A DNA stretch of 64,000 nucleotides from Callorhinchus milii (taxonomy: Eukaryota), in the NCBI RefSeq assembly GCF_018977255.1, contig NW_024704743.1, forward strand, positions 108,936,001-109,000,000, written 5' to 3'. This document shows, one piece after another, positions 1-13,544 of this stretch. The number at the start of each line of letters is the position of its first letter. Position 1 is the stretch's first letter. The position numbers were made by a program, and so were the translations under genes. Below the pieces are notes generated by a model. It was not told the origin of the DNA and searched no databases. It worked only from the letters and a program-made list of their open reading frames with translations.

Positions 1-534
1 AGAACAATCTTCTCACCCCCCTCTCTCCACTACCTCAGGAACTCCAAAGCAGGGCATGGCAACACCATTGCAACTCTGTCCCATTAACATGATTAGTTAT
101 TACACCTGCATTCTCAATAGAATTGCAACATAATGCAAAAACATCAAAATTAGCAAAGTTTTAAAAAATTGCAGATCGGGGCACAGCTGCAAAGCACTTA
201 AAAGGGCAGTGGCAAGAATGTGGAGTTCACTGCCAGTACCAATGGTTGAAGCAAAAAGCAAAAAGAGAAAACTCGATGCAAACAGAAGGGAGAAAGTAAT
301 AGGAGAGAGGAATAGGTGGGGGGCATGTGTTGAGGATAAACACTGGTACAGACTGATTGGGCCAAATAGTCTGTTTCTGTGCCACATTGCTCTATGTAAG
401 AGCACCACAAATTCTTTGCACCAAGGAATAATGTGGCATCAGTGTTAACCCGATTTTTCAGTTGACATTGGGCATTTGTGAATTCATGTGTACTGAAGCA
501 AAGACTAAATGTACAATCAACTCACTGCACAGTA

Positions 535-720
535 TATTTCTGACAGAGTGGCGGAAGCCAATTCGATAATAACTTTTAAGAGAGTAATTTATTGGGGAGG
601 ACAAGTTTGCAGGACTATGGGGAGAATGCAGGATTGAATTGGATAGCTCTTTTCAAGAGCCAGTAGACATGATGGGCCAAATGGCCTCCTTCTGTGCTGT
701 ATAATTCTATGATCTATGAT
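535..720 (+). mobile_element. CR1-type LINE 3' end fragment
   Basis: Similar to 17015-17135; ends ...GGCCAAATGGCCTCCTTCTGTGCTG...TTCTATGATCTATGAT, a typical CR1 3' stem-loop and tail. Confidence 0.8.
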
Positions 721-2396
721 TTGGGCTGTGCCTTGGAGGGCACAGAGTAAAAAGTTCACAGACTGTTTGAGAGAGGAAAGGAAAACTTAAGGAGTGCTGC
801 ATCTTCCAGCAGCAGACTGTTATTGGACATAATACAGACAAAATTAAGTTATTAAATGATAATTTGCTGCATGTCACATGCCATTGTTTGTTTAGAAATA
901 CAAAGCAACTCAACAGAGCATAAAGGAATTACATTAATATTGCTGGCTTCAGGCCTCACTATAAACTGACACTAGAATGGTAAAATAGGATGTGGATTGG
1001 CAGCGCTGTTACCAGTGGAACAAAATCAATGCGTCAAAATAAAGGTTGTAGCTAGAGGTACAGGAAAGAAAACGCTGAGTAAAGTGCGTGTATTTTTTCA
1101 CTTTCTACATCAATGCACATTTGTTAGTAATCTTCTGGAATTTTGACTACATGAATTAATTATTTTGTATGTAAAAGTTCTACTAAACCCAAATTACAAG
1201 CAACAATTGACAATACAATTTACAGAATTTGATTATTTCCCCTTCAGCATTGGAATGGACACTTCATACACTACCTCATCAATTGACCAAGAGATGCCGA
1301 TATTGATTAACAATTCATTGTGTGCCTAATACAGTATGTTGTCTGAATTAATATCAGTTACAATCAGTTTGCATAGGACAACTCCAATATTGTTCTTGCA
1401 GTATAATGGAAAAAAGCCAAGTTTAAATTCAAATGTAGTCCATGTACAATAATTTTAATGGAAAATGTAGTTACAGTGATAAACATTTATGGAATATACA
1501 GGCTATTGATACAAACTAATTGTTAGTTACATGAATTGTTAGTAATAATGCAACTGTTTCTATGATGTATATTGTACATACCTATCACCCATGACACACA
1601 TTCAAATGTCAAACCAGTTTTAATACATGTTCTGACAGGTAAATAAAATGAGGTGGTGGATTGCATGTGTATGGTCAAGACATTTTACTCAAAAGTGCAG
1701 TTAATGGGCTTTTGACAGATTCAACGCTATGAAACTCATTTAAAAGGAAACATTTCAGCTCACTTACTGTACACTAAGTAGGGCTCTACCTGTATATATA
1801 GAAATGGCTGAACAATAATAAATTACAAAGACATGTCAGTCAGACAGAAAGGGATAACAAATCTCAAATTTATAGAAACAAAAATAAAAAGGCATAAACA
1901 TACAGGCTTCAGAATTATCAGAATAAGGCAAAATTAAGCAAACAGAAAATATTCAAACATGAAAATCAATAAAAAGGCATAATTCATGCAATATTCCTTA
2001 TGGTAACATATCTGAGTGAGGCTTCTGTACAATAATCAAGTGATAGGTTCAAAATTGGGTACCTCGGCACAAGATGTTGCAGAAGGATCCATTCAAATGC
2101 AGGCTGCTAAAGTCTGATGTAGTTTGATACGTATGTGGACCCGTTTGAGGGAAAACAAAACATGATTGCGAGGCAATTTAACGATAAAGGCAGAATCAGA
2201 AGCAACCTCCTCTATCCCTGATGGCTTAACATCTTGCTTAAGTGAAAATGCAGCATACTTAAAGCCTCTATAAATTGTGACCATTGTTGCATTAATTGCA
2301 AATTGCACTTATCAGTTCACCACACCAATTGGAAAAACAGTCTCCCCCTTTCAACAGTCCCACTGATGTCAAGTTGTGGTTTAACTAAACCACCTG

Positions 2397-2588
2397 TCAC
2401 CAATAAAATGACCTAGATAAAAAGTTTGTTGCTGTCCTGAACCAGCTGTAACTGCCATCCTGTGTGCTCCCAACACGAGACACAGCTTTGTCACCATTCT
2501 TACTGGGACTCTCGTCTTCAGGTAAGTAATCTGGTAAATCTGTGTTCTGTTCAACATCAACAGGGGTGTCTTGGAAATGAACCAGCAC
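2397..2588 (-). CDS. ARMC1: ARMC1 last coding exon ([10 protein letters not shown]...FLSRSFYW*)
   Basis: Acceptor TAG ends at 2589; TGA stop at 2399-2397; conserved C-terminal SRSFYW. Confidence 0.96.
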   Translation of the reverse strand: MLVHFQDTPVDVEQNTDLPDYLPEDESPSKNGDKAVSRVGSTQDGSYSWFRTATNFLSRSFYW

Positions 2589-4947
2589 CTACAAAGAAAT
2601 TGTTAAAAATATTAATAGTGATCTCAGTGAAGAGCACAGCACCTCTTTGCCAATAATCTAGAAACCATGCAAGTCTACTGCTGAGACTGTTCATGGTTTA
2701 AGAGTTAAAAAACTATTTTGTAATAAAATGACCACACAATAAAATGATTCAGCTTCATAAATCATTTTCTGCATTACATGCAGTCTGGTGCGAAGATGGG
2801 GCAGGACAAACAAAGTCTGGATTGAATCTGAATCATGACTGGCAGGTTTTTAAAAAAATCTGATTTAATTGAGTTGCCAATAATTAGATCCCTCTCCACC
2901 AAAAGATGTGCAATTCTTCAGACTATAACAAATGGCTGTCTGATCAAATCACTTATTGTATTTAAATTTCCAGGCTACAATTTTATAGGTTAAAATATCT
3001 TTGACTCCTTTTTTTTAAGTCAGGAAAACTTGTTGAAGATCCAGGATCTTTGTATTCAATTTTCATTCAATGTTGTTGTAGTACAGTATTTCAGCCATTA
3101 GGTGACACTGTTGAGAACCAATGATGCAGGAGGGACTGTGGTCAGCTCTAGATATGTGTAGTGTAGTAATAGTTAGGCTTCAAATGATGGATTTTCTACT
3201 TGTCCAACATGAATTGAAGGCAAAAGTGATAAGATATTTAAAGCAGAGAGCAAAAGAATGAAGCAAACGTTTGAAAACAAGTGGGAAGATGACTCAGCTT
3301 AATATTTCAATCACGTTAAACATTTCCGTGGAGGGAATCGAGAGCTTTTGAGTGCATTAGCTCCAAATTTATGTCCACAAGTTTTGTTCCTTTTAATCCC
3401 CCTCTCCCCAGTCACTTCTTACATTTCCTAAAGGTGTATTATCTTGCACTATTCCTCCCTAGTATAAAGTTATGTTTTGATCTGATCAATACAGTGCTCT
3501 GACTCCAAACTGCTTACAAAACACCAATAACGAGAGTGTAAGTGTAAAAGTAGATGGATTCACTTCTTTCAGCTCAATGAGCATTAGACTCTTCTTATTG
3601 TCAAGTGTAGTGGCTTTTAACAATATGCACCTGCAATAGAAAATCCCAGCACATTGTCAAGTTTGTTACACTAACAACATGAGGAATGTTTTGCCAATGT
3701 CCTACAGGACAGTTTTCTTATGGAAGAAACATTGAGTTATATTCTATAACGGAGACAAGGCAGAGTTTATTCCTAAGAGGCAAGACAATTAACATAACAT
3801 TTACCACACCAAATTGAGCTGCTTTTCCAAATCTACACAGGAAATTTGAGTTGGCACAATTTTTTGAGAAATAAGTTTGATTCTCAAAAGGATTGAACAA
3901 TTTTTACAATTAAAGGATTTTTTTAAGAAACTAGCAAAATACATTGACCTGTAACTGCATAAATGTTTCAATATTCTAAATTGTATGATTTGCCTTTGTG
4001 AATGCCATCTGTATTCATAGGGGCCAATACATTTTTAATAAGGCAATCTCAGTCCAAAAAAGGCCTGTAAAAATTACATTCAATGAATAAATCATGTAAA
4101 GCACTGATAATCTAAACATGAAAATGTATTATACAAATCTCTGTAAAGCAATATTAATGTGCCTGGAGAGCTTCATTAAAGTTTCACCTGCATCTTTACC
4201 TTATTCCAAGATTCCTATTTTACATCAAAGTAGCATTAAACATAATCTAACATTTCCCAGACAATGCTAGGAACAAACTGAATACTATTTTTGAGTTGAT
4301 GAAAAGTATGGGTTATACAATTGTTGAATAAATACTATTGTGTCCTAAAGTATAAATCCAAATTATGTAATTCATTCAGTGAAGCTTCATGTTTAGAAGA
4401 GACTTGTTGGATTCACTAATGTGTGGAGCAAGGGATCAGTACAGCTTGGTTCATTCGCCTGGCTGTGTGAGACAAATCTCAGCCAAGCTGCTGTAGGGAA
4501 GCACAGAACAGGAGCCAAGCCAACGGGAGAGGGAAAATAAACCAGAATGAGTCACAAGTGTTATGTTCAATGCATCCTCCTGCAGCTGGTTCAGACTGAC
4601 ATTAGACAATGATGACTGCAGTTCTTAATAATAATCCTTTGGTATAGCGTCTTTCATATCAGGAGGACGTCTCTAAGTGCTTCTCAAGAATATACTGAAA
4701 AGTGTAATGAATATTTTTCAAGCCAACACATCAGACAATTTGTGCACAGCAAAGTTCAACAAAGAGGCATGAAGTGATGACCAATTTTATTTGGGAGAAA
4801 CTCCCTTCTCTTTTCAAATAGTGTTGATCATAAACAATAACAAAAGTACATTAAAGTGCCTTGGTTGCAGTTAGTACGTGGACCTTGCAGAATAGGGTAA
4901 AAAAATTATTTGGTGTGTATATGTACAACAGTTAAGACCCATCTCAC

Positions 4948-5022
4948 CTCTTCTCCAGTTTCATTTTTGATCACTTGCTGGGCTTTCAAAACTTTAGTTG
5001 CTGCAATAGCAGATGCCAGTGC
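4948..5022 (-). CDS. ARMC1: ARMC1 coding exon 5 (ALASAIAATKVLKAQQVIKNETGEE)
   Basis: 75 nt, AG acceptor and GTGAGA donor, phase 0/0. Confidence 0.95.
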
Positions 5023-5708
5023 CTACAACACAAAGAACAGCAGTGATTAAAACAAACCTTCCCATCTCTGCAGAATGTATTATTGGTTATACAACTGTTT
5101 AAAACCGCAGTCTACTGCAGACAGCAACATTAAAATGGCAGCACTGTCACTGTGAATCAAGTGACCTGGAGTTGAACTTCCTTGCAGCATGCCATCCCAC
5201 CCCCCAAAAAAAATTGACTTGTGTTAGATAACTGGAGATCAGTTGTATTAAAGCAGCTACAGGGCAACCTCATGTTGAATCAATAGTCAGACCCTTTCTA
5301 GGAAGTTTCTAAAGGAAACTTGCTAGAAAATGGCCATAAGGGTGGTCGGGTTGGTAAGCTGAAGTCACCTGCACCACATTATAACCAGATCTGCCTATTT
5401 AACTTGAACTGAAATTGTTTTTGTCAGCATGCCATTGAGAGCACAGCACTGTCTGGTAGGCTTCCCACCACATGTCCAGCAAATGGTGGGACTCATTGGG
5501 GTTTTGGCTTTCAGGGTTAACAGTAACTGAGAGGGAAAAATCCCTGCTCCCAGTGACTAATAAATTGGTTGGAAAACTACCATGATTTCCAAATTGAGCA
5601 TCTATACTGCACTCCAACCATAAATGTGGAAAAAGTGGTGAAGTATCAATTCCAACTCTTGCAATACGCCCCCACCACAACCCTTAAAAGTATTTACTGC
5701 TGACTTAC

Positions 5709-5825
5709 CTCTGCTTTTAGATCGGATCGGATTCGCACAACACATCTTTTTACTCCCATTTGGAAGGTAAAACTGATAACACCTTTAATTTTCAAAAGGG
5801 CTTCTTCACACATATTTCTACGAGA
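5709..5825 (-). CDS. ARMC1: ARMC1 coding exon 4 ([39 protein letters not shown])
   Basis: 117 nt, CAG acceptor, GTAAGT donor. Confidence 0.95.
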
Positions 5826-6183
5826 CTGAAAGACAACAAAACATTTAACTCAATGAAAGAAAAAGCATTTTACCCCATCACCTATTCTACGCAAATTGAA
5901 TCCTTCCATCCTTCTATACATCTCCATTTTTCACCAGGGAGACCAGTGAACTACACACTATTAATATTACTGCACTTATTTCAGCATTCAAACATCTGAC
6001 CTGAAATCTTAAAATCCAGAAAGCCCAAGTAAATAGCATCTCTAAATTCAACAAGATAATAAACAATCCTTTGAAAGCCCATGTTGGTGTTAGCGCCTTC
6101 ATTAAAACTAACTGCAGTCATCTAATCCCAATTCTTTGATATTTCCCTGTACCCTTTTACATTAGGTAAATCAGGTTTCTTAC

Positions 6184-6373
6184 CGCATCATCCAAACCAT
6201 CTATCTGCAAGACAACGGTTTTTGCACGTTTGTTAGTGCTGCCCAGAAAGAACTGTGCTTTGCGCCTATGCGAGTTGTACTCATTTGTGTTTTCGGACTC
6301 TGGACTGCTGGATGACTGCAAGATTTCGTACACTTCGTTTGCCAAAAACTTGGTTTCGCCAGGTGTTGTAGTT
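6184..6373 (-). CDS. ARMC1: ARMC1 coding exon 3 ([19 protein letters not shown]...IDGLDDA)
   Basis: 190 nt, CAG acceptor, GTAAGA donor; overlaps ORF 6157..6345. Confidence 0.95.
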
Positions 6374-7063
6374 CTGAAAATAAAAATTATAAATAGAAAC
6401 TCAGGATCATTTTTACATAAATTTCAAAAAATATATACTCTGCAATAAAATACAAGACTTATTCTGTCTCCTGGACGGGAGGGGGGAGATTCTCAGCCAG
6501 TCTCTCTCTGTTTACCTTCACAAGTGCCACCATACATGGGAACTCCTGATCACAGTTGCAGAATTCTACTTTTAAAACTTATTGCTGCAATATCTATTCA
6601 AACATAGAACTTCATACAACACTCATATTCGCAGCACTAAACCGTTTTACACCAGATGCACAAGAACATTAATTTCACCAAACACTTTTTAAATAGAGCC
6701 GTGCAACTTAAATATTAGCGTGGTAAATATTTTAAGATCTGGTTAACAAATAATTTTAATGGAATTTACATTTTGTAAATAAGGAATACTGTTATGAGAA
6801 CAGATTACTCGCTATCTATCTCAGCTTCCGTTCATTCAAAAACTTGTCTTACTGCACTGAAATTGGCATAAAACTAATTTCTCTATTATCATAATGACTT
6901 CTACATTTCTACTGTCCAATCCGCTTTGTGTTCTAAAAACCAAGTCAACTTGTCAAGAAAGGAGACACAAACGAGTTACTTAAAGTATTCGCGTTCCTGA
7001 CAGGTGTATGGTCCAATGGGAGCATGTAATCACTATAGTCATTAAAAATTGCGGAAACTACAA

Positions 7064-7760
7064 TAAGAACATAAGAATTTGCTATGCGAAAGATGACCAA
7101 CAAGGTTCCATCTTGTTTGCCTTCCACCATCCTGACAGTCGCTTGACATGTCGTGTCCCAAACTGTATACTGTATCCTGAGATTATTTTCTAGCAGAAAT
7201 CTATAATTTTTTCTGCTTCCACTGTCTCTTTAAGGAGCCTGTTCCATAAGTTTACTACTTGCTCACTGGAGTAGTGTTTCCTCAGATTTGTTCTGAATGT
7301 ACTCCTTTCAATTCAGGCCATGTCCTCTGGTTCTACTGTTCAGTACAAGATAAAACAGCCGTCTCAAAAGTCGTATCTTAAAAGGTGTGGTTTCAGCAAC
7401 TAATAATAATAATAACTAAATCATGGCCTGCAATTTTCTTATGTACCATTCCCCTTAATTCAATTCTCTGAATCTCTCCTTGCAAGTTTAGAAGCTCTGG
7501 AATTATTCTTGGGCAAATCACTGCCAAACATGTAGCATTTTGAGAAAGAGACAAGTTCTGTTTTAGGCCCCACCTGGAGCTATTCACTAACAGTGAGATT
7601 TGCACTCCTGCAGAGTAAACATAGGAGCTGTAAATTGATTGGGCCTGTATCCCCCTTGGTCTAAAGAAAGTTCTCAGATGAATCTTCTGAAAGATCATTG
7701 AGCCTTTTGCACAACAGGTTCTCCAACAACATGAAACTGAATAGCCATGTGTTAGATGGG
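7064..7760 (-). mobile_element. Old, degenerate CR1-like LINE 3' fragment
   Basis: AAGAACATAAGAA tail on the + strand at the left end; decayed ORF2 C-terminus-like translation (RIIPELL...). Confidence 0.55.
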
Positions 7761-8535
7761 CAAAAGATCAAAATAAGGCATGTAATGTGCTATTTTACAA
7801 CTTCAATTTGATTCCAGGCCTCTTTCTATTTATCTGAATCTACTCTTCCTTAACAAGCCAGTTTTGAAGACATGTTGGTGCCATTTTCTATGAGGCTTTC
7901 AGAACAATCTATGTGATGCAGTACACTCACACAATACCACAACATTGAGGGGTGGGTGGGGGGAAATTGCCAAAATGTTGAAAGATTAGTAATTTCTTGG
8001 ATTTAAGAACTGTTCCTAAAAATCAACTTCTAGCCAGAGCCAACGAATAGCACTCCACTCCACTTCCCCAACAACATAGCATAACCCCAACCTCAATGTT
8101 TTTTTTCCATTGGAATTCCTAATGGTTACTTAGGAAGATTGCTAGTTCAGTGCCAAGTGAGAGACACTGTTGTTCTACGAGCCATCACCCAAAATGAATT
8201 GGATGGAGATATCCAAGGACAATACAGTCAACAGAAGAGGTCTTCAGCCCAAAATCCATGTCCCAGTGGTGAATGGTGATATTGCACCATCCGCTTCAGT
8301 CTATGTACTCGGGGTTGTGTAACTAAAGAAAGCAGGAGAGTACATTGTGATTGATTGAAATCCTAATCATATTATAGCCTTGAACACAATTATTTAATGT
8401 ATGCTATACATATAATTTATTCCACTTCACCATTTATATTATGCCACCAAGTGCATATATTTTGTTAACTCCAATTGCTCATCATCCACCATATACGGTA
8501 CAATACAACTGATGTTTTTGTCTCAGACAGATGGA

Positions 8536-8750
8536 AGATAATAATAATAATAATAATCCTTGCATTTGATATAGCGCTTTTCACATCGGGAGGACATCCC
8601 AAAGCGCTTCACAGAATATACTGTAAAGTGAATTGATTGTCTATTTGTGGGCGAACGCGGCAGCCAATTGCGCACAGCAGTGTCCCACTAAGTCGTGGAT
8701 TGAAAATGACCAATTTATTATTGTTTTGTTTTTTGGAGGGATTATTATTA
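8536..8750 (-). mobile_element. DeuSINE-like SINE, 5'-truncated
   Basis: Near-identical to 16266-16480, including the (TAA)n tail. Confidence 0.85.
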
Positions 8751-11118
8751 AGATGAGGCTAGACCAGAATTAGAGAACAAATGGTTTGACGTCCTGTGCC
8801 CCCTACCCCACCTCTCCACATACAAACTCTGTTGTAAAGAGTGAGTATGTGTGTCCAGGAATAAAAATCTTTGTGTAAATTTTAATTACTAAAAACAATG
8901 ATCTTAAATACACATACACATATTTTATATATATTATATATACTTGAAGCAACCACAATCTGAAAGTTTACTTATGCAGTACAAACATCCAACATATGTA
9001 AGAAAACCACAATGTCCTCGGGCAACAAAAGTATTCCAGAAGCAAGTAATTATATAAATCTGTTTTGATATTTGATCACAGCATAAAATAATCAAAAAAG
9101 CCACTTGGGGTTTGGGATTTTTTTTCTTGACTGAATTTGTTGCAAATACTGAAAGGATATCCTGAAATGGGGGTGTGAGGGAGGGCCGGTGGGTGGGAAG
9201 AGAGAAACTGACTTTTTTTTAAAAAAGTGAAAGGTGTAACAAGAAACCAAACATGGTTTTTGCTGTTTTAGGTTAGTTCCACACTACTGCTGGGTACAGA
9301 CCACTTTCAATAGGCTTACAAACCTCTTCAAAATAAAGTTGAATTGCCATTGTACTCTGTCCTAGCTGATTGAGCTCAAGCATTTGGCAATAACACTTGA
9401 TAGGGTCATTCCAGAACTTTTCACACCCTCCTCCTCAGGGATTTAAACAGCGAGCAACATTATAATGAATAGCTTATACACGTTTCTAAACAATAGTAAT
9501 CTTTTACTTACAAGAACAATTTTCGCAACTTGAATGATACGAGGATAAATCAATCACAATAATAATAAATAAATCCTTGCATTTGATATCCATAGTTATT
9601 GCGGCATTGAAATATTCTGGGGATTTTACTTTAAAGCATAGTGACTGTAGGTCCACATGTATTGCCTCTATAAAGTCAAACACAACAATCTTTGATCTTG
9701 CAGTAAAAAAGGATTCTTGGTTCCTGCGCTAACGAATGGCACACACAGCAACTCTGCTGAATGAATTACATACCCGCTTCCTATCCTTGATCTCATGTTT
9801 CACCTCATATCTCAAACTCATGTTTAATCCAAGAACCAATCAGACACCCAGCCTCCTCTGTTGTTTCAGTAAAAGAATGTACCCCCTGATGACTCAATCT
9901 TATTCCTCCCCGTCCTTGCTCATCTGTAACCCCTCTGCACGCAGTTCTAAACTCCAGTTGTGAATTAACTCTTTTCTCTGAATTTGTTACTTTCCAGCAA
10001 CAGAAAAGACTTAAATCAACAAAAAACATTTATGCCAGTTCGCAAATGACAAATTGATGTTTACCAAATCAAATAAAAAACAAGAAGGAGGATTAATGAA
10101 AATACAAATATAATTTTAAAAGCACGTTCAATTTTTAAAAAATGTACAGTTGTATGTAAAAAGGAACTACCTCCTTGACAATGTCAGGGACATGAATGCG
10201 TTGCACCAGTGCCCTGCCCAAGCGAGTCAAAATGGATTTTAACAGCAGCATGTAGCAGAATATGCCCATTAAAAATAACCCAAGTGACAATGTATCACAA
10301 TTCTTTTTCAATAATTAATCCCTTTGGGGTACAGTACATAAGTGTTTTACAAGCAACCACTTCACCATCCCATTAGTTTCAACTGTTTCCTTTCTCTGAA
10401 TTAAACTTCTCATGGAATTGATGACAATCACTGCATCAGCAAATGCATTNGGGGGAGGGAATAAACAGCCACAATACTCAATACAGTGGACAGAGACCCT
10501 TATACAGTTTCTGTATATGGCCATAAGAGATAATTCATGCACTGTATTCTAATCAAGTGCATTCGGTATCAGAAGGATTAGAAGAGGATTAGCTACATTG
10601 TATAGATCCCTATACTATAAATCATAGTTTAATCCTCACAATGTAGTCTCTAACCCACCACATACATGAGAGAATTGTTCTGAATACTGTAGGAAGCTGC
10701 CAAGCCTCAGGAATTGTATGTGCAAACCTGCACTGTTGACAAACGTTTATCAAATTGCAAAGCAGTCAAGTTTGGGATGAGCAAAGCATTCCTGGACCAT
10801 TGAAAGTCAAATTAACTTATCTCATTCACCTTTAGAGCTCAGGTTTTGCTGCCTCTACTATGCCATGAAAATAATTAAAGATAATGACACTCAATCCCCT
10901 TATAAATAATCTAGAAAGCCATAATCCATACTGTGTAAGAAATGGGCACATGGGATAATGCAATTTTAAAATTACATTTCCATCGTGGGGGGAGGGAAAG
11001 CACACAAAAAGAATATTGTAACCTTTTTCAGTGAAACATTAATTTAATGTAGCATATAATTCTCAGTGAGCACAGTGCAAAATAAAGAATAACAGTTTTA
11101 GAAATGGCCTAGGCTTAC

Positions 11119-11210
11119 TTTTGGATCACATTTTGCAAGCTCAGCAGCATGCCCAGTTCGCTCTTCATCTTTTCTCTGTTGGACCTGCATTCTGCCAAAT
11201 AACGCAGGGC
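11119..11210 (-). CDS. ARMC1: ARMC1 coding exon 2 ([31 protein letters not shown])
   Basis: 92 nt, TAG acceptor after a pyrimidine tract, GTAAGC donor; not in the ORF track. Confidence 0.95.
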
Positions 11211-12554
11211 CTAAGGCAGAGAAGGAAAGCAAAGGGAAGAGAAGCAAAAGGACATTAGTGTAGAAACATTAGGTATGGTTCAATGCAAGCTATTCAAAGC
11301 AAAAAGTCTAGAAAGGTTTGCATTAGCAACTAAGGGACCTTACAACAGTTGCAGAAGATATTACANTTTTTTTGCAAACTCAATTTTTTTTAAGGTTTCC
11401 ATGGCATTATTACACTACTATCAAATACATCAGAATAAGAGAAAAAGACTGACAAGGCTACAAAGCAAATTCTGCTAAACTAAACTAACAGCAACTTGCA
11501 ATTACATAAAATAACAAATAACTAAAGAGGCTAATATTTAATAGATAGCACTGTTGGTGAATCTAATTTTATATGAGACCACTGAATGGTCTCTGCATAC
11601 AAATACGATAATCAGGACTCTTTTACTTCACTGTGATGAAACATACTCTATAATAGAGTTCACAAGGTAGGAAATTGTCATATTACTGGGAAACACTTGA
11701 GAAACCTCCAAAGAAGTTACTTAAGATATCCCTCCAGCTGTCAGCCATACTGCTGGTGGAGAAGGATTAATTTTAAAATGGAACCTGATTGTGCACGTGT
11801 GAAATACTCCCATCACCACTTGGTTCCCTTCTCCATTGCTACTGCTTTTTGCTGCACTTGTATTTATTGCACGTGGCTCTCTTTGGTAATAAGAATGTCT
11901 GCACTGCTTTCTTTGATTCCAGCTGTCTATGGATTTGGTTCAATGTTATATAAAGAATTCTTGCTCTTCTCCCCCCACCTCACCAGCCATCCAATCTCAA
12001 GTCACACTCTCTTTTATCCTTACACACCACCCAACTATATGGCACCACAGGAGACCATGTGAAACCAAAGTATACATTGAAGAGAGCTCACCCCAATCGA
12101 TCATCCCAGACAAATGGGCTGAAACCATCTGTAAGAGTGAAGTAAAGCATTGCTCAACATATAATTCAGCATTAAATTGGCTAGTCTAACTCAAGAAAGG
12201 AAGAGCAATTAGACATGCGGCTCTTTATAGTACCTCAATGACTGGAATCTTTCAGAATTTGTCTCAAGCCAAAACATAATGATACAGAACGTGACTTAAG
12301 CTAGTCAACAAAAAACTACAAATTCCTACAAATTTCCTCCACCCACTACCCCCTACCCCAAATTTGAACTCCTTGTGTTGCTTTTCCCAAGGCTCTGCAC
12401 CGCACTCTGACCAAAAAAGCCACTAATATACAACTTCTAGCAAAAGCCACATTGGCTAGAAAGAGGGGCACAAGCTAAGAATTTGATAATTGGCCCTCTA
12501 AATTTCACAGTCTCTAAACTCTTTGCCTTCTACAGCAACTGGCTGTGTGGAAAT

Positions 12555-12930
12555 TACAACAAAAATAATTTACATTTACACAGCTTCACACAGCTGACTG
12601 GGAGCCTGAGAGTTTTGTACGGGGGGGGGGCGAGGCGTGAAGGTAGCTGAAAGCATGGCCAAAAGAAATGGTTGGTTATGAAGAAGGGGAGGGAGGGGAC
12701 GAAGTACAAGGACTCCAGAAAGTGGGGGCAGAATGGCTGAAACCTCGTTTTCCAACGGTGGGGCAAATCAGGCGGAGGACATGAAGTAGGCTAATGTTTG
12801 CTGAATAAAGGGAAAAGCCAGGGTAGTAGGGTTGCAGAATTAGAGTGGGGTGAAGCCACAGAGGGATTTGAATCCAAGAACGAGGATCTGGAAATCAATC
12901 TGCTGGATGGTGAGGAGCCAAGCGAGGATG
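12555..12930 (-). mobile_element. Degenerate L2-like LINE 3' fragment
   Basis: Resembles the 3' region of the copies at 24762 and 26320. Confidence 0.55.
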
Positions 12931-13544
12931 AGAATAAAGTTACAGGTGCAAACCCAAAGCCTAGTACTTCATGATTCAGTACACTGACCATCAATGTGCA
13001 TGCCATCATGCTGCTCTCAGTCATTCGAAAGCACTTCCCAAATCAACCTGAAATTAGACCATAAGCCTTTTGAAGTACTAAAATATGGCAATATGAACTT
13101 TAACTGCAATATCTGTATGGTACATTAACATGGTAAGGCTCTATATCAAATTATAATCCCCACTCCGTCTGCTATAGCACTGACTTGCTTGCATCTCTGA
13201 TTTCCTGTGGACTTACTACCATACATGTTTGTTTGTGGGACTGCTGAGCGCTATTGGCTGTCGTATTTCACCCACAAAACACAAGTCAATCCACTTTACA
13301 ATATATTCTGTGAAGCACTTTCAGACGTCTCAACAACGTAATACGATACTATATCAATTGCAAGGAATATTATCTTCCGAGTTGTCATATGGCCACTGTT
13401 GCTTCTTGCACATTGTGCGACGATAACTACCTGCACAGGAAGCAACATCAATGGCGACTTGATGAATTAGAAGTTGGCTTTTGAGTGCAGAGCATGAGTT
13501 AGTCAGCACAGGAAGCCAGGTGTACTACACCTCCATTAACGCTT

